A DNA stretch of 64,000 nucleotides from a virus (Duplodnaviria > Caudoviricetes): IMG/VR virus record IMGVR_UViG_3300027747_002427; one strand, written 5' to 3'. How positions within the stretch are numbered: position 1 is the first letter of the stretch; each line of letters begins with the position of its first letter. The notes beneath the pieces are model-generated. The model saw only the letters and a list, made by a program, of their open reading frames with translations. It made no database searches and was not told the origin of the DNA. Shown here piece by piece: positions 58,431-64,000 of the stretch. Both the position numbers and the translations under genes were made by a program.

Positions 58431-58673
58431 ATGAAAAATAAGAACATCCACCAACAGTATCAGGAAATCATCGACTCCATCAAGGCCCTCGGCACGGTCC
58501 GCATCCAGGAGGCTCTGGCGAACCTCGAGAAGGACTTCCAACTAACCTCCAACGTCTATGCTCGTATGGGACTCCTCGGAAGGATCCAGATGCATGAGAG
58601 GGCTCTCAAGGAGCTTACCAACACCGAGAAGAGCCTGGAGATCCTCGACGAAGCCTTTGCCACCCACGCCTAA
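58431..58673 (+). CDS. Early helical protein MKNKN...
   Basis: Cassette promoter. Confidence 0.75.
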   Translation: MKNKNIHQQYQEIIDSIKALGTVRIQEALANLEKDFQLTSNVYARMGLLGRIQMHERALKELTNTEKSLEILDEAFATHA

Positions 58674-58674
58674 T

Positions 58675-58827
58675 ATGGAACAACCTCCTAAAGATTATCA
58701 ACTGAAGTTAGTCATCGAGAAGCTGGAGAAGAGTTTAGACAAGCTCTCTGTCCTCGAATACGAAATCAAAGACGCCCTAATGTTAGCAGCAGACCTCTAC
58801 GAGAGAATCACCAACAACAACGACTAA
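58675..58827 (+). CDS. Early hypothetical protein
   Basis: TAA-T-ATG coupling. Confidence 0.6.
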   Translation: MEQPPKDYQLKLVIEKLEKSLDKLSVLEYEIKDALMLAADLYERITNNND

Positions 58828-58828
58828 T

Positions 58829-59068
58829 ATGAAGATCGAAACCAAAGCCTACGAAGTCCTAGAAGAGCTGATGGACGGAACCAACAAGCTAGAGAAGCTC
58901 TATAGAGCAGCAACTCATCGCCCAGACTCACCTTGGATTGAGAAGCCAGGACGCTTCGCAGACTGGGTAGGAGGCCAAATGCTAGAGGCCATGGAAGAAG
59001 AGCTTAGGCACCTAGAGCAGAGGTTCATTACAGATGAAGCTCTCCTAGCCATGGTAGATAAGAGCTAA
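58829..59068 (+). CDS. Early hypothetical protein
   Basis: TAA-T-ATG coupling. Confidence 0.65.
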   Translation: MKIETKAYEVLEELMDGTNKLEKLYRAATHRPDSPWIEKPGRFADWVGGQMLEAMEEELRHLEQRFITDEALLAMVDKS

Positions 59069-59094
59069 TATCATTTTCATACCCGCGGTGGGGT

Positions 59095-59130
59095 AAGGGA
59101 GGAGGTCTGTGGTGGGCCTCCTCCCTTTTT
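59095..59130 (+). terminator. Rho-independent terminator
   Basis: AAGGGAGGAGGTC/GGCCTCCTCCCTT stem followed by a T-tract. Confidence 0.8.
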
Positions 59131-59168
59131 GTATTGTCTTTCCCCCATAAAGAGATTATAATAATAGT

Positions 59169-59534
59169 ATGAAAATTGAGAACACCACACCCACCGAAGC
59201 CCAAATCGAACTCGCCGGATACCTCCTCACGCGCGAGGTAACCTTCACCGAGGAGTGCGAGGCCAACCCCAAGATCCAGTGGTTCGCCGTGGCCAGCTAC
59301 ACCCTCGAGGACATCATGGGCCTCACCCCCTACCGCAGCGGCTACGCGGACATCGCCGAGTACGAGCACCAGGAGGACCTCATCGAGGCCAAGGAGGCTC
59401 GTAAGAACTCCTACTATGACTACGACGACGAGCAGCGCGCCTGGTTCGAGAAGGAAGAAGAGGCTCATCGAAACGCTCTCAAGGAGCTGGTGAGTTCCGA
59501 GTACAAGCCACTGGGGGTAGGACTCCCCCTTTAA
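59169..59534 (+). CDS. Early acidic protein MKIEN...
   Basis: TTGTCT-17-TATAAT-6-ATG. Confidence 0.75.
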   Translation: MKIENTTPTEAQIELAGYLLTREVTFTEECEANPKIQWFAVASYTLEDIMGLTPYRSGYADIAEYEHQEDLIEAKEARKNSYYDYDDEQRAWFEKEEEAHRNALKELVSSEYKPLGVGLPL

Positions 59535-59572
59535 GGCTTGGCTTTCCCCCTTACTTGATAGATAATAATAGT

Positions 59573-59803
59573 ATGAACAATAAGATCACCATTGGAGAGT
59601 TAAAGAAAGGTCAGCGATTCAAGTACGGCAACAGCGGCATCTATGAGTGCGCCAACCCGTACTGGCCTCAGGCCCGGAACCCAGCCTACCGCTCAGCTAA
59701 GATCATCGTGGTAGTTCCATCAATCAACCCGGAGGCTACCTACCCAACAGTACCAGGCCAGTGTGTCACCTTCAATCACAGGACCAAAGTGGAGCTCCTT
59801 TAG
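59573..59803 (+). CDS. Early small beta protein MNNKI...
   Basis: TTGGCT-17-GATAAT-6-ATG. Confidence 0.7.
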   Translation: MNNKITIGELKKGQRFKYGNSGIYECANPYWPQARNPAYRSAKIIVVVPSINPEATYPTVPGQCVTFNHRTKVELL

Positions 59804-59840
59804 ACTTTCTTTTCCCCCATAACCATTATATAATAATAGT

Positions 59841-60062
59841 ATGAAAAATAAGAACATCGAAGTAGGTTCCATCGTCACCCTCAACTCCAACACCGATCGT
59901 GTCCACCGCGTCACCAAGGTCGATGAGTTCGGCATCTGCACAACGCCAGCGGGAGGCCAGCCAGAGTACCAGTCCAGGTACGGCTCCTTCCCTCTCGCTT
60001 CCTGGGAGGTTGTTACCCTCGCTACAGAGGAGCAGCTCAAGCTAGTAGGCACCTGGCGCTAA
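59841..60062 (+). CDS. Early small SH3/KOW-like protein MKNKNIEVGSIV...
   Basis: IEVGSIVTL...VTKV pattern; cassette promoter. Confidence 0.65.
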   Translation: MKNKNIEVGSIVTLNSNTDRVHRVTKVDEFGICTTPAGGQPEYQSRYGSFPLASWEVVTLATEEQLKLVGTWR

Positions 60063-60101
60063 GGGGTTGACCTTTCCCCCATTATAGGTTATACTTATAG
60101 T

Positions 60102-60404
60102 ATGAAAAATAAGAAGACCCAATACACCGCCACAGCCCCTAACGGAGACGTCCTCAGCGTCACCTCCACGCGCCCGCTGGTCGAGTGCCACGTCGCCATC
60201 AACAAGGAGACCAACGCCACGGGAGCCTACCGCTGGACCATCAAGCGCCAGGGCAAGGCCTCCGCCTCCTCCTGCGGCTACAGCTTCGGCTACGTGGGTA
60301 GCTGGTGCACGGACGCTGCCAAGTACAATGCCGAGGCCGACAAAGAGAAGGCCTTGCGCAACGCCAAGTACACCTTCCACATCGTCCCAGTGGTCGCCGC
60401 CTAA
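60102..60404 (+). CDS. Early hypothetical protein MKNKK...
   Basis: TTGACC-17-TATACT-6-ATG. Confidence 0.75.
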   Translation: MKNKKTQYTATAPNGDVLSVTSTRPLVECHVAINKETNATGAYRWTIKRQGKASASSCGYSFGYVGSWCTDAAKYNAEADKEKALRNAKYTFHIVPVVAA

Positions 60405-60408
60405 GCTT

Positions 60409-60570
60409 AACGACCGCGGTCGGATACCTACCGGTCTTAATAGCGACCAGGGGTAATACTACCGACCGCGGTATGCTAGGACCCCGGACGTTCAAATTTG
60501 TTAATAGGGGAATAGCAAGCAGAAACGGCCGGGGGGCAATCCCGCGTATATAGGGGGGTACCCTGGTATT
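60409..60570. other. GC-rich non-coding block with CGACCGCGGTCG palindromes at the right edge of the GC-shifted array
   Basis: CGACCGCGGTCG at 60411-60422, CGACCGCGGT at 60463-60472, and G-runs. Confidence 0.55.
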
Positions 60571-60624
60571 AAATCGCCAAAGTATTAAATTGCTATTCCC
60601 TTATATAAGTAATAATATATTTTA

Positions 60625-60993
60625 TATGAAAAATAAAGATCAAATCATGTTAGAGTCTCTGTATACTAATAGTATGAAAAATAAGAACACCAAGCCCGCC
60701 CTCAAAGCTCTCTTCCCTGGCCAGGAGGTCTCTGTAATGGGCTTCAGGGAGTATGGTAAAGTTATCGAGCGTCAAAAGGAGAAGGTTATGGGCAATACTG
60801 TCTATAGGGTCAAGTGTGAGGGTAAGGAGTTTAATGTATCTCGCCGTCAACTTGGCGTTCGAGTTAACAATATCTTTAAGTTCGGTCCTTACAATACAAC
60901 CGATCTTCCTGCTTGAAGTTCTAATCAAATTCCCTTATACTAATAGTATGAAAAATAAAGATCAAATCATGTTAGAGTCTCTGTATACTAATA
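60625..60993 (+). repeat. 47-bp exact direct repeat spanning two gene starts
   Basis: TATGAAAAATAAAGATCAAATCATGTTAGAGTCTCTGTATACTAATA at 60625-60671 and 60947-60993. Confidence 0.95.
60626..60916 (+). CDS. Chimeric-looking protein MKNKDQIMLESLYTNS-MKNKN... (second in-frame cassette start at 60674)
   Basis: TTGCTA-17-TAATAT-7-ATG; internal TATACTAATAGT-ATGAAAAATAAG. Confidence 0.65.
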   Translation: MKNKDQIMLESLYTNSMKNKNTKPALKALFPGQEVSVMGFREYGKVIERQKEKVMGNTVYRVKCEGKEFNVSRRQLGVRVNNIFKFGPYNTTDLPA

Positions 60994-61358
60994 AGGTATT
61001 GAAAGAGGACGAAGAGAATGGAGATAATGTATTAAAGAAGTATACCTATGAGATTCTTTATAGAACTGATTACAAATATGATCCTAAGACAAAGAAGGCT
61101 ATAAGTTGGTCTTATGGTTCTCATTCTAGAGGTTGGCCGGATCTCCGACATGAATTTGCTTATTCTGATGATGATTTTTGGTCTAAGATAGATGATTCTG
61201 GATATAGTGGTGGTAAGGATGAATTAAGAAAATCCATAGTTATTAAAAATGTTGAACCTGCTGATTTGAGAGAGGTTGAGCATGAGAAGAGAAAAAATAA
61301 GGCTATATCAGATTATTATAGTAATGCGAGTAAGACGGGTTCTTATTCGGGTGATTAG
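60948..61358 (+). CDS. Hypothetical protein MKNKDQIMLESLY...
   Basis: TTGAAG-17-TATACT-6-ATG; the track start 60753 lies upstream of this promoter. Confidence 0.7.
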   Translation: MKNKDQIMLESLYTNKVLKEDEENGDNVLKKYTYEILYRTDYKYDPKTKKAISWSYGSHSRGWPDLRHEFAYSDDDFWSKIDDSGYSGGKDELRKSIVIKNVEPADLREVEHEKRKNKAISDYYSNASKTGSYSGD

Positions 61359-61380
61359 AGGAGGTTTCAGTTTAATAAAG

Positions 61381-61408
61381 AAAAAGGACTCTTCGGAGTC
61401 CTTTTTTT
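61381..61408 (+). terminator. Bidirectional Rho-independent terminator
   Basis: AAAAAGGACTC-TTCG-GAGTCCTTTTTTT. Confidence 0.9.
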
Positions 61409-61444
61409 ATTGTTTTTCTTTTATGATCTCTTATAATAGAGACT

Positions 61445-61621
61445 ATGAAAATTACTCGTTATGAACCAATATTAGCTGATTGGGGAGAACCGGATATGGT
61501 AGAGGATGATTATGGTTTTTATGTTACTCATTATGAATATACTAAGCTTTTAGAGAAGTATAAGCAATTAAAGAAAGAGAATAGAGAGCTTAAAAAGGCT
61601 TTTGAAGATGAGTATGATTGA
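61445..61621 (+). CDS. 58-aa hypothetical protein (not in track)
   Basis: TTGTTT-16-TATAAT-7-ATG; coiled-coil C-terminus. Confidence 0.55.
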   Translation: MKITRYEPILADWGEPDMVEDDYGFYVTHYEYTKLLEKYKQLKKENRELKKAFEDEYD

Positions 61622-61820
61622 TTCTAAGAAGATAGCAGTTAAGTTAGGTCATCTCTCTATTGGTAGAGGTATCTATGATAGAGATGGAAAGAAGTATGTA
61701 AATCCTCATACCTTTGGAGATGATGTATATTTGGAAGATCCTACTAACTATCATTATATAAAGTATGAGAATGGTAAATTTGTAGATAGTGATGGATTTG
61801 TTATCTATATCAATTTTTAA
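61608..61820 (+). CDS. Hypothetical protein
   Basis: ~70-aa ORF overlapping the previous stop. Confidence 0.55.
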   Translation: MSMIDSKKIAVKLGHLSIGRGIYDRDGKKYVNPHTFGDDVYLEDPTNYHYIKYENGKFVDSDGFVIYINF

Positions 61821-61858
61821 GGGTTGAGGTTTCCCTTATAATTTACTATTATATATAC

Positions 61859-62266
61859 ATGCTTAAAAGAGATAATTGGACCATAGAAGAAGCAGAAGAT
61901 ATTCTATTAGGGAATACTATTGCCTATACTAAGAGAAACGGAGTCGCTATTGATGATCCGGAGTTCTATAGGAACATGGATCGTAATAAGGGTATCTATA
62001 AGGTTATTAATGATGTTAAGACTTCTCAGAAGTCTATTTGGACTAATAATGAGCTTATAGACCATATTGATAATAATCAGTTTAAGATGGATGATTCCTG
62101 GACCAAAGAGGAATGGGACTCTAAGGGACAATGGAATCAAGGTTTAGAACAATGTGCTATTCAATTTGGAGACTTTAAAGAAGATCCTGAAGAGTCCTAT
62201 AGTGCAATGGCCTATGATACTGAAACAAAGCGAATTTATGTTATTTCCCAACCACTACCACAATGA
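61859..62266 (+). CDS. Hypothetical protein
   Basis: TTGAGG-17-TATTAT-6-ATG. Confidence 0.7.
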   Translation: MLKRDNWTIEEAEDILLGNTIAYTKRNGVAIDDPEFYRNMDRNKGIYKVINDVKTSQKSIWTNNELIDHIDNNQFKMDDSWTKEEWDSKGQWNQGLEQCAIQFGDFKEDPEESYSAMAYDTETKRIYVISQPLPQ

Positions 62267-62466
62267 GAACATTTAATACAAAGAACAAAGAAGGACACCC
62301 TATTACGTTTAAAGGAATCAAGTATCTATTCCTTATTGATGATCAGGGAGTAGGCATTAGGAGAGCAGATAATAAAGTTCCTTTGCCAGAGGACATTGTC
62401 TCTCTTACAGACTATCTCTTTCAAGAAGGATTTGCTAACCCAGAGGATTTTGAAACAGAACAATAA
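62263..62466 (+). CDS. Hypothetical protein, paralog of 46739..46948
   Basis: ITFKGIKY...GI...DYLFQEGF. Confidence 0.6.
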   Translation: MRTFNTKNKEGHPITFKGIKYLFLIDDQGVGIRRADNKVPLPEDIVSLTDYLFQEGFANPEDFETEQ

Positions 62467-62467
62467 T

Positions 62468-62677
62468 ATGAATACGGCTCAACACATTGCAAGTAGGAGG
62501 GTACAAGAATATAAGGTCCAGCTTCGAGGAGCCTATCAGGGGAACTATAGAGTTCTTTGTATGCGTAAAGAAGGTCTAGAGAATGAGACTCTTATTTTTA
62601 CGGATACAGAGAGACCACTTCAAATTTATAATAAGGATATTGAAGAATTGGTTATAGATGCTATATTAACCAAATAA
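62468..62677 (+). CDS. Hypothetical protein
   Basis: TAA-T-ATG coupling. Confidence 0.55.
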   Translation: MNTAQHIASRRVQEYKVQLRGAYQGNYRVLCMRKEGLENETLIFTDTERPLQIYNKDIEELVIDAILTK

Positions 62678-62830
62678 TATGCTCGTTTTATTACTCCTTT
62701 TTATTATAGCTTTGTATTATAGAGAGCACGGACCACTCTGAAATTGTACCCCCTTGATAAAAAAATTTTTTTGGCTCGGCGGGTTAATATACTCATTCCG
62801 GCGCGCGCTCTTGGTAAGTAAATAATAACC

Positions 62831-63415
62831 ATGAAAAACAGAGACACAATAATGTTAGAAGAAGCCTATAATTTAATCTTAGAAGCTAAGAAGAAAAAAC
62901 TTACTCCTAAGGAAAAGAAGATTGCAGGTGCAGCAGAGCCTTATGACAAGATCACAAGAGCAGACATTATTACTTTAGCTAAGAACAAGAACAAGAAGAC
63001 AAATAATGAGTCTACTGGACTTGAACAAGCTTATAATCAGCAAGACGAAGTTGCTGCAAAGAAGATCGCTGAGAAATTAAAAGGAACACCTAATTTAAAC
63101 ATTGCAACAATTAAGATGTACGTTGCAAAGTATCTACCCATGATTGGCAAGGGAGAAAGTGATGTAGATCACTTAACAGCATTAGTTCATGATAATCTTT
63201 CTGAATTAGGCTTAGTAGAAGCCTCTGCTGGAATCGAAGATCAAGAAGAGTATCATTGTGATTATGCCGCAGACGGATGCGACTGTGATGGTTGTGAAGA
63301 GTGCAAAGCTAACCAAAAGAAAGAAGTTCAGGAAAATGAGATGAAGTGTGAATACGCTAAGAAGGGTTGTGATTGTGATGGTTGTGAAGAGTGCAAAGCT
63401 AACCAAAAATCCTAA
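62831..63415 (+). CDS. Protein with leader MKNRDTIMLEEAY and duplicated Cys-rich GCDCDGCEECKANQK tail
   Basis: 35-bp exact repeat at 63284-63318 and 63374-63408; TAAGTA/TAAATA upstream. Confidence 0.7.
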   Translation: MKNRDTIMLEEAYNLILEAKKKKLTPKEKKIAGAAEPYDKITRADIITLAKNKNKKTNNESTGLEQAYNQQDEVAAKKIAEKLKGTPNLNIATIKMYVAKYLPMIGKGESDVDHLTALVHDNLSELGLVEASAGIEDQEEYHCDYAADGCDCDGCEECKANQKKEVQENEMKCEYAKKGCDCDGCEECKANQKS

Positions 63416-63428
63416 ATAAAGATAGCAA

Positions 63429-63473
63429 ACCCCCGGCGCCTCTTGACAATGCGTAATTCCGGGGGTATTTTTT
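63429..63473 (+). terminator. Terminator-like hairpin with structured internal loop
   Basis: ACCCCCGG/CCGGGGGT stem plus T-tract, enclosing CGC-CTCTTGACAAT-GCG. Confidence 0.6.
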
Positions 63474-63498
63474 GGAGTAAAACAATCTAAGTATTCTT

Positions 63499-63939
63499 AT
63501 GGAATATCTAGACTTTAGTTGCAGAAGAATAGCTAAAAGAGATCTTTCTTTTTGGATAGATGTTTATAAGGATTCTACAACATTGGACAACATGAATAGT
63601 ATTCCTGACTTTAAGGATACTAATGATCTCTGGCATCATTTAAATAAGATAGACAGATACGTTGTTTTTTCAGCGGAGGACGGAATGGAAAAAGAAGTTA
63701 TAGGAGGTTTTTCCTTTTATAATAGAAAAGACGAAGAAGCAACTTTTGGATTAGTTACTCATCCAAAATTTCGTGGGCTGGGATTTGGTTATGTTATTAT
63801 AGACTGGTTAACTGATATGGCCAAAGACCTTGGTATTAAAACTTTAAAGGCTGATGTCTATTCTGACAACGAAGCTTGTTTGAATGTACTTCGTAAAAAA
63901 GGTTTTAGAGAGCTGGTTTATCTTGAGAAGCACCTCTAA
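63499..63939 (+). CDS. GNAT-family acetyltransferase
   Basis: FGLVTHPKFRGLGFG (motif A) and NEACLNVLRKKGF (motif B). Confidence 0.85.
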   Translation: MEYLDFSCRRIAKRDLSFWIDVYKDSTTLDNMNSIPDFKDTNDLWHHLNKIDRYVVFSAEDGMEKEVIGGFSFYNRKDEEATFGLVTHPKFRGLGFGYVIIDWLTDMAKDLGIKTLKADVYSDNEACLNVLRKKGFRELVYLEKHL

Positions 63940-64000
63940 GCTTTAGCATATACTTGATCTCTTCTACAATAGTAATATCTTCTTTGGTATAGATCTTAAT

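Larger units (their letters stand above)
50403..61861 (+). promoter_or_regulatory. Family of >=21 leaderless promoter/start cassettes: (TTGxxx)-TTTCCC-rich 17 bp-(T/G)ATA(C/A)T-6 bp-ATG(AAAAATAAG)
   Basis: The -35 starts exactly 35 nt before the ATG at 50438, 50657, 50928, 51352, 51909, 52611, 53086, 54369, 56128, 56739, 56923, 57186, 57544, 58079, 58431, 59169, 59573, 59841, 60102, 60948 and 61859. Near-variants at 52129, 53788, 54749, 55137, 60626 and 61445. Confidence 0.9.

Noticed and set aside
42873-60753. Track start sites upstream of cassette promoters (42873, 53044, 56110, 56700, 58061, 59555, 60590, 60753)
   Set aside because: The extensions simply translate the promoter (YTNS/YTKS-MKNK); the conserved geometry points to the downstream ATG.
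50403-61894. Classical integron with attC sites
   Set aside because: The repeats are promoter-shaped direct repeats without RYYYAAC/GTTRRRY inverted cores, and no tyrosine integrase is visible.
3686-63406. Many short opposite-strand or alternate-frame ORFs in the track (e.g. 3686, 4172, 11414, 13655, 35789, 43002, 43180, 57827, 59028, 60042)
   Set aside because: They are shadows of longer genes that have coherent motifs, promoters and codon bias; they have no start context of their own.
1-64000. Bacterial chromosome, prophage or eukaryotic giant virus origin
   Set aside because: No housekeeping genes, integrase or att site; bacterial sigma70 and T4-late-like promoters, bacterial-type tRNAs and tail-fibre genes indicate a tailed phage.

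Overview
Fragment of a large, AT-rich, apparently lytic dsDNA bacteriophage with several T4-like traits. I saw no rRNA, integrase, CRISPR array or reverse transcriptase, and the genetic code appears standard. 1-33.9 kb is a virion tail/baseplate/receptor-binding module with paralogous fibre families, LamG, vWA, RCC1, NHL and glycine-rich domains. One ~2037-aa gene in it is split by a compensating indel pair. 34-49.4 kb holds accessory genes (DUF932, DUF2061, lipoprotein, zincin, TraR-like Zn finger, metallophosphoesterase, PRTase-like, P-loop kinase), many with T4 capsid-targeting-like N-termini, plus two structured ncRNA candidates. 49.4-50.4 kb is non-coding and carries four phased palindromes and two perfect face-to-face sigma70 promoters. 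50.4-61.9 kb is the most striking part: a GC-shifted array of ~45 small genes. At least 21 of them sit behind the same expression cassette (-35, 17 bp, -10, 6 bp, ATG, usually followed by AAAAATAAG = MKNK), i.e. predicted leaderless transcripts. Five tRNA genes are interleaved, with anticodons for AT-rich codons, including an atypical UAU-anticodon tRNA with an extra hairpin. Family assignments come from motif recognition by eye, not from database searches.
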